Shown: piece by piece, positions 23,946-36,889 of the stretch | Numbering within the stretch: position 1 is the first letter of the stretch | Layout: every line of letters starts with the position of its first letter | Notes under the pieces: generated by a model | What the model was told of the DNA's origin: nothing | The model's input: only the letters and a program-made list of their open reading frames with translations | The model's database searches: none | Source: Epiperipatus broadwayi | Taxonomy: Eukaryota; Animalia; Onychophora | Assembly: GCA_028023455.1 (NCBI GenBank) | Contig: JAQFVV010000007.1 | Span: 17,980,001 to 18,044,000 of the forward strand | DNA length: 64,000 nucleotides | Reading direction: 5' to 3' | Position numbers and translations under genes: made by a program

Positions 23946-25364
23946 CGAATCAAAAATTATATTTAATTATTCAGATTATATAGAGTTTTTTACATTTTTA
24001 AATTGAGATAGGTCAAGCAATTTATTTCAACTATAAAAAAAATCTCATGGATGAAAGGAGGTATGGTAACAATAACCATGAGTTCAGACCCAAAAGAGAT
24101 ATCTCCCCTACCTAATAGTAAAAAAACAATTATATTACAATCATATGTCAAACAGTGATATTCATCTGACCAATCCAGATTAATCTGGTATCCTACTCTT
24201 ATCTAATTCTACAAGCATCAATTTTCTTATCACCTATGTGTGGATAGCTGGGTTATCCATGACATACCCAATCAAAAGAAGAACTTTAAACTTGTTTTGG
24301 ATAGAAAACAATTTCAAAGTTTATCTGACTTGGACTTCAACTCCAGATTATGGTAATTAAAATTTGAGATGTCTGCAAATCTTTTTTTTGAGATATCTGC
24401 ATATATATAATGGACATTCACCTTCATTGCCACATGCAAGATTCTTGACTGCTCTATGGATACATACTGATGGCAAGGGAAACAATAATAAATTTTTCAT
24501 CAATTAATGTTGAACATGAAACATAGTGATTATCTGGAAGTATTTTACATTGGCTTACTATGAAAAGATCTTTATTCTGTGTCTGGAAAAATATCAGTAG
24601 AATAATTAAAAGTCCATACTGATTTGACTAATTTAATATATATTTTTAGATATACTGTATTTAAAATGTCCATTTCACTATACATCCTTAAAACGTGAAT
24701 AAAGATATCTGAAAAACATAAATGATCCTCTAAAATGCTTCGCATATTAACCCACTATTTAATTGGACTATATTATAATTTCTTAAGACAGAGACTGATA
24801 TATTAATCTTTAACAGGTTTCAAAGTTTTTATCTGGGCTAGGAGTGATATAATAATCTCTAGCCTAATAAATGGTAAGTAATAATGCATTTATCTACAGT
24901 TTATGGTTTTAATGATGTGAATGCAAGAAACTGGATTTTTAGATCAAATTGTAGAATATATATTTATGTGAGTGTGTGATTGCATGTGTGCATACAAAAG
25001 ATAGAGGTAAATCTTGTTCTCAGCATTCACCTGCTATGAAGGTTGCAACATATTACAAATATATTTGGTTCATAGATAATGTATTGAAACTTGTGCAAAC
25101 CAACCCTCTAGATAAGATTAGTTGGATAACCATTGACCAACTAATGGCTTTTAGACTAAAATTGTATTGGCTATGGATGGATTACATGAAATAAAAAATA
25201 CTGACTGTTTTGACGTGGGAAAAAATTATGTTTACTATTTTAGGTTCAAATTTCAGATGATGAAAAAGCATCTATGAAAAAGCTCTTTTACATCTTTTTC
25301 AAGTCAATATATATATATGTATATTGTAATATTTAACACAGCATTACGCTGTTGTATATTGCAT

Positions 25365-25920
25365 TTTGTGTTACCAGTGTCAAACTTTCTGCATTTACAA
25401 CTTTGACACCATCAAGTTCAGATAAATACATTAATGATTTTTATTGATCATTTATTAGGTTAGAGATTATCCCTAGCCCAAATATAAAGTTTTAACTATT
25501 ATTATTGCTACAAGTTAATTTACAAGTTTCAAACTTTCTGCACTTACAACATTGGCATCATTCATTTCAGATAGATATATTAATGATTATTAATAATTAG
25601 TTATTAGGCTAGAAATTATCATATCTTTACTATTGTATTTATTACAAGTTGATCTACAAGTGGTAAACATTTTGCATTTCATAACTTTAGCATCATGTAC
25701 ATAAATACATTAATCATTATTGCTAATCATTTATTAGTTACTAATCATTTATAAGGCTAGAGAGTATCCCTCACCCAGATATAAGCTTTAAACTATTGTC
25801 TTTACCACAAATTGATTTACAAGAGTCAAACTTTCTATACACACAACCTTGACCTCCATCACTTCATATAAATATGTTATTGATTATTACTAATTATTTA
25901 TTAAGCTAGAGATTATAAAT
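25365..25920 (+). repeat. Degenerate tandem array of four ~135-160-bp units; dispersed copies at ~24790-24900 (minus), ~26610-26720 and ~50600-50690
   Basis: CAAACTTTCTGCA...CAGATAAATACATTAATGA...TTTATTAGGCTAGAGATTAT recurs at ~25377, 25526, 25660 and 25822. Confidence 0.75.
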
Positions 25921-25995
25921 TCATTTTTTTATCTAATTATATCTTTTATTTAGTGACATCTGGGTCAATCTTTATGAAGTATTATCCATATAACA

Positions 25996-26182
25996 TTAAT
26001 ATCATCTATATTCTTTATTACTTTTTATAATGTGTTTTCACACTGCTCCAGCAATCTTCTTCAGAACTTCTATTTTTTATAAGTAGAAGTTCTGAAGAAT
26101 ATTGCTGGGGCAATTAAAACTGTCAATAATGGGTTGTGAAAAAGCATTGTAAAAAGTAATAAAAAGCATAAATAATATTAAT
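25996..26182. mobile_element. Family P head-to-head pair (two decayed HHR motifs on opposite strands)
   Basis: Inner stem 26046-26072 / 26084-26110; CTGAAGA on + at 26092 and on - at 26058-26064; outer arms match the tail of the 13019 copy. Confidence 0.75.
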
Positions 26183-27460
26183 ATTAAATCGGTCAAATTA
26201 TGAAGGTTGTTTCAGCATAAAATGCATCTTGAGGGACATTTATTTTTTTCAGATGTCTTTGTACAATATGTTTTAAGAATGTGTGATGAATTAAAATTTT
26301 TAGGATATCTGCATATATATACACATTTAAAGGCAAGACAATAACAATTTTCCATTATTTCTATTTTAATAATTAAAGAACCACTGTAAACTTTAATGAG
26401 TTATATCAATAAAATGCTTACAATTTAATAAATTTTTTTTTTTGTTAATTCTCAATTTTTTTCAAAATTGGATTTAAATTTTTTCTAAAAAATTTTCTGA
26501 ATTTTCTTAAAAAATAAAAAAAGAGAGTATACAATTTAGAAATGGTGAACAAAATTAGTGCAACATAAAAAAATCCATGTGTAATCTATGTACTGATAGA
26601 AACTATTATTTACTACAATTTGATTTATAAGGATCAGACATTCTGCCCTCATAACTTAGATAGTATCCATTCCAGATAAATACATTAATGATTTTTACTA
26701 TTTATTTATTAGGTTAGATATTATTGACTTATTTCTTATAAATCTAATTAATAGCTTTTAAGTTCATCACTTAAACAAAAATAAAAATCCTCCTGTCAGT
26801 TAAATGGAATTATCTATGTATAGTTTTTTCTAAGAAATTGATTATAGAATTAATTATTTGTATATAATGAAATTTTTAAGACATCAGTCTACTTGTATTA
26901 TATAGCTTCAAAGTTTAGTATCCGTCTTCAACAAATTTTTTATATTTGAAAGAAAAATGTATCAATGCATAATAATTTTCAAATAGTAAAAAAACATTAG
27001 AACACCTGCCTTTGAAGACACTGTACAAGTTTTGATTGAAAGAAAGATAAAAAAAACAACTTAGGATTTAGTTTTTTATTAATAAGTTGTATAAAAAAAT
27101 CTGTAATGCACATAATGTAGAATGCAATGTTATGGGAATATACATAACTTTTTTATTTATTGATGTATGCTATCTGTGAGCAGAAATCATAAAGAAACTC
27201 GACAGATATCTTTTAATTTGTTCATTATCTGATTTACAAAGCTTAAAATTTCTCTTTTTTAACAGAAAGGAGACCATATGATTTCTCTGTGAGACTGTAT
27301 GAAACCAAGTAGGGCAAAATCCGAGGGTCTACTCCATACATTCTCATTATTGCAGATGTTATTACTATATGATTATTCATATATAAACATGGATCAGCTG
27401 CTAACAATGCATCACATATTGGATTTTTTACCCCAGAGTTTAAGACCAAGTAACACAATG

Positions 27461-27698
27461 AGATGTGATATGTTGGACTATTTCCATCATTTATGAGTGA
27501 ATGCTGAATGTATAGAAAATTTTAAACTTACCTGTATTGTCTATTTGTGTGTTATTACTAACAAGTTGTTTGTATTTGGAAAGTTTAAATAAAGTTTAAA
27601 ATTTTCTATACATTCAGCTTTCACTCATAAATGATGGAAATAGTCCAACATATCACATCTTATAATATACCATCATTACAAACCTTCAGACAAATACT
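27461..27698. mobile_element. Hairpin element (68-bp arms) of the family S / pLTR tail, with 13-bp flanking direct repeat
   Basis: Arms 27461-27529 and 27592-27660; AAGTAACACAATG at 27448-27460 and 27699-27711; sequence matches 47920-47945 and 50230-50275. Confidence 0.7.
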
Positions 27699-27899
27699 AA
27701 GTAACACAATGGTCTTTCTTTTCAATTGCCCGGTAGTTTTTAACTGAAACATTGAGTTTTTTTGAAGGCAGGATGAATATTTATATGAATATTTTTTTGA
27801 ATTACATGTTTACAATAATGATAGATAAAACTGTTAGGATTCTTATTCTAAAGACTAAAGTCATCAGCAAAGGCAGGTTTGGCAGTCAAATGCAGATTG

Positions 27900-30145
27900 T
27901 GCCAAGGATTCTTTGATGCTGAGCTTTTATCTAGCTACCTATAAGAGCAGATACTTTTTTAAATGAAGAAATATTGCATGAATAGGAAGAACTGTCTAAT
28001 ATTAAATAGGATATTGATGGGCTTTGTGAAGTTAGAAAAAAAAAGTGATGATTCATTTGGAAACTGGACAAGTACTTTACTAAAAAGGCACAAATACAGG
28101 AAACACAACTGGAATGGGATTCATTATAGATAAAAAGTGGAGAAACAACATTGTGAAGATTGATGGTATATCAGATAAAATGGAAAAAATAATTCTTCAA
28201 CTTAATGGAAGATTCCAAATGCTGATAATTCAGGTTTATACTTCAACAAGATCTCATTTTGATGAAGTAAAGAATTTTTACAGAGATGTATAAAATTTTT
28301 TTAATCACAACTAAACAATATTTTAAAATTGTTATGGATGACTTTAATAGAATTAGGAAACAATTGAAAATTGAAAGTGGAGTGGGTAAATTTGGTTATG
28401 GTGATAGAAATAAGAAAAGAGTCAGATTTGAGGAATATGAATAAAAATAAAAATTGTATGAATTCTTTCTTTGAAATAAAAAAACTAAATGGAAGTGAAC
28501 ATAAAAGTATGCAAATGAAGGTATTGCAGAATTGGATCATATTTTGACTAATAGAAAATATGTAATTCAAATTGTAATATTCTTAGTAGATTCAACATGG
28601 GAAATGATGTAAGATACATATTAATGCAAGCTAAAAAGATAAAAAGTAATAAAAAAGACCATATTAACAGTTGATATTCCTAACCTTCAGAATCAGTTCG
28701 ATCAACCTAAATTAGAATTTGGAAATCTAACAGACTTTGAAGCTGATTCAGGCTTAATGGAAATCGATAAGATGATAACTGATACTTTACTAAGAACTGA
28801 AAGGAAGATAGTCACACAAAAAAGTAGTAATTGACCAATGAATCTTCTACTGAGATAGACAATGTGTGAAGAACTATAAATATCATTAAAGATAATCTAT
28901 TAAGAAAAATTGAATATCTAGAATATTAAAAATGGCACAAAAAAATTAATAATGATATAAGAAAATATAATTGGGAATTACCAAGAAAAGTAATAAATAA
29001 AGGTTTCAAAAATATAAAATATCTTGGTTTTGGAAGATAACTTATTTCAGTAATAGAAAAGATGGAATTATTATTAAAAAGAGAGATGATCTCACAAAAT
29101 ATGCAGAAGATTTCTATAAAGAATGGTAAAAACAAAACAAAATTCTACCACAATTATTATATCTTCTGAGTTGCCCAGTAAACTCCAAGAAGTGATAGAA
29201 TTAATTATTGTTGATACCATAAAAAAGGAGATAAAGAAATAAAAACGTTATTGGCAAACCTATAAAAAAAATCTCTAAATGATAAAAATGTACCATATCA
29301 GTGAAAAAATGGCAGGATATTGCAATATTCTGATGAATATTTAATAAAGAACAATGACAGTTATTAGATTATTCTGATGATATTAAGAAGATTAATATTG
29401 ATAAAAGTATATGACCAAATGATTCTATTTGTGAATTGAAGTGAAAGCTAAGGAAATAAAAATACATGGAAATTATTTAAGTCGGAGCTTTTGCAGATGA
29501 TGTGGCTATTTTTGAAAATAATGCTTTAGAGTTTCAAGAAATGTTGCAAGAATTATCAAATAAAAATGGGAAAATAAGACTAAAGATAAATAGTAAAAAG
29601 ATTAAAATAAGTCAATGGTTTTTTCTAAATTAATATCTATAAATACTTTGGTTAGATTATTAAATAAAATGGAAACATGATGAATTGGATTAATCATGGA
29701 ATTAAACTTAGAATGGTTTTGATAAAAAAAAATGTCTATGTGTTAAAAGTTTTTAATAGATGTCTTTTACTGATTGGAACTGAGGTTTAGACTCTTGACA
29801 GAAGAGCCATACAGAGACTTTAGACCACTCAGCAGAGAATGGAGATATGTAGAGAAGAAAAAGGAAATACTTGAATGAAAGAACAAATAGGTATCATTGA
29901 CCTCATTGAAAGAACTGAACTGGAGATATTAGTATAAGAGGTGATAATATATGGAAAGCTGAAGTATTATACTGGAACCCATAAGATTGTAAAAGATTTA
30001 GAAAAAGACCACCTGTGAGATGAATAGATGAAATAAATAAATTTGTAGGTATGATGCAGAAAAAAAATGTAGATTATAGAAACTAGATTAAACTTGTGTG
30101 AGATTATCCTACAGTTGATCAATAATCATTGAAATCATGATGATA
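27900..30145 (+). mobile_element. Old degraded RTE LINE copy
   Basis: Colinear reverse-complement similarity to 33270-36040 (EELSNIK..DIDGLCEVRK, FADDVAIF, 3' GATGAT tail); no intact ORF. Confidence 0.75.
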
Positions 30146-30589
30146 ATCTTTATTTATTCTATAACTTCAATGTTAAAAGCATTATTATCCAATTTCAACA
30201 CAAAAGCCAAAAACTACTTTTTGTATATTCACTTCTTCTATATATATCTTTCCAAAAATCCTCCATGTGCTTACTTTTTGTTTATAAGCATTTTTAATTT
30301 ATAAAAGTATTCTAGTGACTACTGTTTCATTACATATCTCAAAAATATTTGAAACAACAATTTATAATTGTCTGTGAAAGACCAATTACTTTCACATAGG
30401 TATATCACGGTTTTTCTTATTTAGCTCTCATACTTATGTGTACATACACACATACCAAAACTCATTTAGCTGATAATGATTCAGGTTTTAAGATGCTAAA
30501 ATAAACTTCACTAAGAAAGCAGTTGTTGACAATTTTTGGTGACGGTCATTGTTTATCATATATTTTTGGCAGAAAACACTATATATGTA

Positions 30590-30950
30590 TACCAGGAGTG
30601 TCAAAAATGAATACCCATATTTAGAGATGTTATCTACATATTCCTTTTCAAAGTTGAATTGAATTATGTTAGCAACTCCAAAGATAGCATTAATCAAATG
30701 ATTACTAGAAGCATCATGTGATAGCTAGGGCAGTCAATGAAAATGGCAGGATCGCAGTTGTTGTTTAAAGAGGACAAGATGATTATAAAGATGTATTTGA
30801 AATTGGAACATTGTGGAAGTACAATGACAGAGAAATTGTGAGGATGCAATGGAATCTCTAATGCAACTAACAATTGCATGTATTTATGATAAGTTTGAGA
30901 ATCATGATAGTGTGTAATATGCACAAGAGATCTGGAAAGCTTCACAAAAC
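30590..30950 (+). mobile_element. Decayed Tc1/mariner-like (DUF4817-type HTH) transposase 5' fragment
   Basis: MAGSQLLFKEDKMIIKMYLKLE...LTIACIYDKFENHDSV...HKRSG resembles the M..QLSFEERK.I.K.Y....LTI.RIRDKFE..G.V...RSG N-terminus; TA-CAGGAGTGTC TIR-like start at ~30590. Confidence 0.5.
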
Positions 30951-32765
30951 AATGACCCTTGCATCTTATGTGCTGCTGTTTGAACGGTTTACATGATCAC
31001 TTTTGTTATTGATATATATACTTATATATATTATTACACTTTTAATACAGTTTCTGTATATGCACTGTGTTATTTCATGCAATAATAGTGTGGTAAATTG
31101 TGGAGCATTTCCACTCCACTACTTCCAATGCTCGAACTTCTTAAAAATATCTGAGTAATAAACCATTAGATTATTTTATAAATCTATTCTTAAATATAAA
31201 ATCCTTATTTTTTATTTTGTCTGATTGATTAATTGGTTTGTAAGGCTATCACATGTGAAATTCACAATTTTAAAAAATTATTATGTTTATCCACATTACA
31301 AAGAATATTTTATGTGAAGAAAGTAATTCTACCATCAATAATTTTCCATAACCTGTCAAATTTACATCTCAAATGTAACAGGTATATTTTAAAAATTTAA
31401 TGTTAATTTAGAGGCTTAATTTGATTACAAACATTTTATTTTAAGGAAATAATTCTGCAAAGCCAAAAAAAAAATTGTGAAAGCAACAGATTTAAAAAAA
31501 TATTACAAAAACGATGGTTTTTCAAGTCAGTTAAGAAATAATTCCGCTATTAATAAATCGTAATGCAAAAATGATCGGGTACATTTATCTAATTTATTTA
31601 TATAATATTAAAATCTTTTGTTTACTTTAAATTAAATGTTAAAATTTTTTTGTTAAAGTGACCAACTAAAAAAAACCATGGTGTTTATAGTGATGAGTAA
31701 AATAATTTTGCTTTAGCTTTTTACATGTAAAATTTTACAATAACATACCATAGATGATACACTAATTGATAATTCATGTAATTGTAATATCTATTAAAAC
31801 TAATTCAGATTCATTGATTTTTCAAAATAAGATCTATATATGTTAAACTCTCTGCAGAATGATAGATGATTATTTTATCATATTTTCCACCTTACCTGTA
31901 ACAAATTATTTACAAACAGCTTCCAATAAAAAAGATATTGGTTAAAACTTAATTTCAAAATGAAAGTAATTATAGGCTGAAATATTTTCTTAGTACATCA
32001 TACTCATGGTCAGAATGAAATTTAAGTGATTAATACCAATTTTCAAGAGAGCTTAAAAGTTTACTTTTATTTTATTTTTTTTTTCTATGATAAAAAGTTT
32101 ACTTTTAGTAGCAGGAACATTACCTAGTAGCTACTATAATTTTTCTTTACTTCTTGATCTTCATGTATTGATTGTATATATTTATATAATATATGTGATA
32201 ATAATATATTTCCTTATGGTTTCAACAAGTGGTAGCCATTCCAAAAGCACTGTGATGCTGCAGCAACCCCCCCCTCCTTTCCAAAGAAAATTTAATTATT
32301 CAATTTGTGTTTGAAAATATCAATAATATAGCAATAATTTAGCATTTTGCATAATTTTTATGTGGATACAACTAATTAAACCATTATTAAAAATAATTAA
32401 TTTAACCAATGCTTGAGATTCTATTCAAATGTTCCGCTAATTATAGCATGTCAGAAACATCATATTCATTGAATTTCAGCAAGTTCCACTGAGATTCATT
32501 TGTTCTTATTAATGTGTGAAGCTAGAACCATTGGAGTTGCTCAGTGTGGCAGCTTCAATATTTATTTGAGAGTAATTTATTTATCTATTTAAATTTTCTT
32601 CAGAGCGAATAAATTTTTATTGCTTTCATTTAAGGTAATAAAATATTCTGGTTTTTCTTGCAATTAATATTTAATTATAAAACTATACTCTTTATCTACA
32701 AACGATCAGAAACTTTTACCAGAAAATGTGACAAACCTTATTCTTCAACTGACCCTAAACCCTAG

Positions 32766-33010
32766 GTGTCCCTTCTCTGTATACCTATTGTAACCCATTG
32801 CATTACTAAAATTATTACTCCTATCCATCAGGTTGCCCTACATACCACAATTCCATTGCATCGGCTTCTCAACAATGCAAAGGATACCTTAGCATTTGAC
32901 TTCTGTTCTCAAGTGGTTTACAAAGTTAAATACCAGGAACTCACCTGCCCCTCCATTATGGGGAATCATGGGCAAACCTGTCTGCATGTGTAGCCCAACA
33001 CACATACCTA
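32766..33010 (+). mobile_element. Penelope-like element fragment (linker plus GIY-YIG N-terminal half)
   Basis: IPIVTHCITKII..VALHTTIPLHRLLNNAKD...VVYKVKYQELTCP, then frameshifted GESWANLSA; matches PLE LPY....I..IL..VAF..LR.LL..KD...VVY.I.C..C...YxGET. Confidence 0.55.
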
Positions 33011-33580
33011 TATAATAAAGCTAGAACAAATAAATATATACACTCAATATTTTTTGAACATTTTTCTTTAACTAGTCATCAGTTTGTTTCTTTATCTGGT
33101 AACATCATGTGCACTGAATGCAGTGATGTTAAATAAAAAATTAAAGAGGTATAGTATATCTCAGGTGACAAAAACTCTATCAATAGAAATGAATCATGTG
33201 TGACCCTCTCAAAAAATGGTCTATTCTCCCTAATTAATTTTCATATTTAAATTTTATGTAAATTAGCAATCATCATCATCATCATCAACCATTATTAATC
33301 CACTGCAGGATGAAAGTCTCTCCAAGTTCAATCCATTTTCTCTGATCTTTAGCTTCTCTTCTCCACATCATCCCTGCACACTTTCTTATTTCATCCATCC
33401 ATCTTACATGTGGTCTCTTTCTGGGTCTTTTACAATCTCTTGGAATCCAGTTTAAGATTTCAATTGTCCATCTATCATCATCTCTTCTAGAAATATGTCC
33501 AGCCCAACTCCATTTCAGTCTCTTAATTTTATCAATGAGTCAGTAACACCTGTTTGTTCCCGTACCCATATATTGCATTT

Positions 33581-34471
33581 TCAATCTCTTCTTATTACTC
33601 CCAACATACATCTCTCCATACTTCTTTGAGTGGTCTGAAGTCTCTGTATTGCTTTTCTATTAAGTGTCCAAGTCTCAGATCCATAAGTAAGAACTGGTAA
33701 AACACATTTATTAAAAACCTTCCTTTTCAAACACATAGGCATATTTTCTTTTAGTATCAAGTTATTTCTACCAAAAGCACTCCAACCAAGTTTAATTCTA
33801 TGATTAATTTCATCCATTATGTTTCCATCTGTATTAATAATCTGACCAAGGTATTTGTAACTGTTAACTTCTTCTAACTCATCATAATCAATCTTTATTT
33901 TCATATTTTGAGAAAATCCATTGAACATTACTTTAGTCTTTTTAACATTTATCTTTAGTCCTACTTTCCTACTTTCATCTGATAACTCCTGCAACATTTC
34001 CTGCAGCTCTAAAGCATTATTTGCAAAAACAACTACATCATCTGCAAAATCTAAATGACTTAAATAATCTCCATTTACTTTCACTTCTTTAGCTTCCCAT
34101 TTTAATCCACAAAATACTTCTTGCAGCACTGCTGTAAAAAGTTTTGGAGATATGGAGTCACCCTGTCTTACACCCTTCTCAATGTTGACTTTCCCAGTAT
34201 CATTATGTAATCTAATTGTTGCTGTTGCATTTTTATAAATATTCTTTAAAATATGACAATATCCTGGATCTATACCTTGATGATCCAATGCTTTAATCAC
34301 TGAAGAAATGTTTATAGAATCAAATGCCTTTTCATAATCTACAAATCCAAAGCATAATGGCAACTCATATTCATTTGTCCTTTCTATAACTTCTCTCAAT
34401 ACCTGGATATGATCTACTGTACTAAAACCACTTTTAAATCCAGCTTGTTCTCTTGGTTGGTGGAAATCCAA
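33581..34471 (-). pseudogene. RTE reverse transcriptase domain (fragment of disrupted ORF)
   Basis: Canonical non-LTR RT motifs; the ORF is cut by indels/stops on both sides. Confidence 0.9.
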
Positions 34472-35391
34472 TGTTCTCTGTAGACAAGTTGTAATTATCT
34501 TGGTAAAAATTTTGTATAAAACTGATAAAAGGCTGATAGGTCTGTAATTTCTAATATCTTCTTTATCACCTTTTTTTAAATATTAATATTAATACTGCAT
34601 TCTTCCAATCATCTGGTACATCTTTATCATTTAGACATTTGGTATATAACTTTGCTAAAAAAATTATATTTCTTCACCTGCTTCTTTTAATATATCAATT
34701 ATAATTCCATCATTACCTGGAGTTTCCTTTCTTCATACATTTAATTGCATGTCTCACTTCTTCATTTAAAATTCTGGGCAATTCGGAAGATATAATAGAT
34801 ATAGGAGGTACTTGTTCTTTATTACTATATAATTCTTGATAGAAGTCTTCTACCCATTTCATGATGTCATCTCTCTCTTTAGTAATAATTCCATATTTTT
34901 TTCTTATTGCAGATATAAATTTCCTACCAATACCAAAATGTTGTTTTTACACTCTTGAGACTTTTATTTTCTTCTATATCTTTTCTTGCTAGTTCACAGT
35001 TATACTTTCTTATATCATTTTCAACTCTTTTCTACACTATTTTACAAAATTTGAGATATTCAATCCTTTTTAATGCATCATTTTTGTATATCTTCATATT
35101 CCTTTTTTCATAAATTCTCTAGTCTCAGTAGAAATTTTATTGGTCAATTGCTGCTTTTTTCTACCAGCTATCTTTGTTGCAGTTTTTAAAAGTGTATCAG
35201 TTATTTTCATATTAATTTCATTCATATCTGAATCATATTCAAAATCTAATAATACTTGAAACCAATTTGTAAGTTCTAATTTAAATTCATTAAAATGTTT
35301 CTGAAGATTAGGAATATTAACCATAAATATTGTTTTTCTTAATAATTTTTGTCTCTAGTTTTGCATTAACATGTATCTTACATCTGACTAA

Positions 35392-36039
35392 TCAATGATC
35401 ACTTCCTGTGTTAAATTTATTAAGAACATTACAATCTTGAAATATGTATTTTCTGTTAGTCAAAATATAATCCAATTCTGCTGTACCTTCATTTGGATGC
35501 TTCCATGTCCATTTCCTTTTAACATTTTTCTTCTCATTTGTATTACCATAACCAAAATTATCTACAGCACTTTCATCTTTCATTTGTTTACCAATTCTAG
35601 CATTAAAGTCTCCCATAACAATTTTAAAATGTTGTTTACTCTGATCAAAAGCCTTTTGTACATTCATATAAAAATCTTCGACTACTTCATCACTATAATA
35701 ACTTGTTAGGGCATAAACTTGAATTATCTGCATTCCATATGTGCTATTAAATTGCATAACTAATTTTGCCACTCTGTCTGATAAACCATCAATCTTCACA
35801 ATGTTGTTCTTCCACTTTTTATTTATAATGAATCCTATTCCACTTGTATTTCCAATGTTTGTGCCTTTATAATAGAGTACATATCCACTTTGTAAATCAT
35901 TTGTCTCTTCACTCTTTCTTCTAACTTCACAAAGTCTAATAATGTCCCATTTAATATAAGACAGTTCTTCTAATTCATGTAATCTTCTTTCACCTGAAAG
36001 TGATCTGCAGTTGTAAGTACCTAAATAAAAAGTCATCAT
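35392..36039 (-). pseudogene. RTE apurinic-like endonuclease domain (fragment of disrupted ORF)
   Basis: APE motifs GTYN, IQVYA, GDFNARIG, DYIL, SDH. Confidence 0.9.
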
Positions 36040-36889
36040 CTAATGGCAGCCTGGGTTTACAGCCAGGGGATTCTTAGCACCCTCCACCTTCGGCCACCAA
36101 CTGCTGCCTTGGTTGGTGATTTTAAAGCCTCCTAGGAATAAGGGCTGTGATTTATTTTTGTTTGTCATGATTGTATATATTTATTGGAAAAATATTTATC
36201 ATTTATGTACACATTAATTCTGCTTTATCATGCAACTGAGAAGAAAGACCGTGGTTGTTTTTTGATCTTAAACTCAGAGGTCAAAATTCAATAAACTCAT
36301 CATGCTGGTTAATGGGTGTTAGTGAGCAGCCCATCTATGTTCGTATACTATATGAATAATCACATAGTAATAACAGCTGCAATGACAAGAATGTATGGAG
36401 TGGACATTAGAAAATTTCCCTGCTTGGTTCCTTTAAAGCCTCCCACTTTCCAATTTATGCTAGCCTCTGACTTAATGGTTGAAAGTTCACTAAGCACATA
36501 TTGTTTATAAAAAAAGATACATTTTGAAAGCTTTTCTCTATACGATCTTTGTATATTTGCAATTAATATTTGTACATTAACATATAAATATTTATTACAG
36601 AAAAATATAACAAAATAATAAATGAAATATTATTTTAAATATTTATCATAGTGAGTGATAGATATAAAAAACTTACATTTTCCTAATTGACATAATATGA
36701 AATAATTGAAATATAAAAAAGGTCGACCTATTCCAGATATTATTTACCAAACAGCAGTTAGTAAAAGCAAAAAATACATTAGATCTTTTAACAATGGTTG
36801 ATATGAAAAAGAAAAATGATTGTATAGTTGCAGAATTAGAAATGCTCTGTTTTGTTTTTTTTTTTGTTTACTTTTTAGTGGGTGATTAT

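Larger units (their letters stand above)
33269..36150 (-). mobile_element. Near-full-length RTE-clade (BovB-like) LINE, disrupted
   Basis: APE endonuclease ORF 35392-36039 (GTYNCRSL, IQVYA, MGDFNARIG, LDYIL, GSDH); RT ORF 33581-34471 (QAGF, FVDYEKAFDSI, GVRQGDSISPKLF, FADD, YKYLG); GC-rich 5' UTR; (GAT)6 3' tail at 33269-33286. Confidence 0.95.

Noticed and set aside
29374-29405. CTGATGA followed by a TATTAA/TTAATA hairpin
   Set aside because: No GAAA after the stem; AT-only pairing in decayed RTE sequence is expected by chance.
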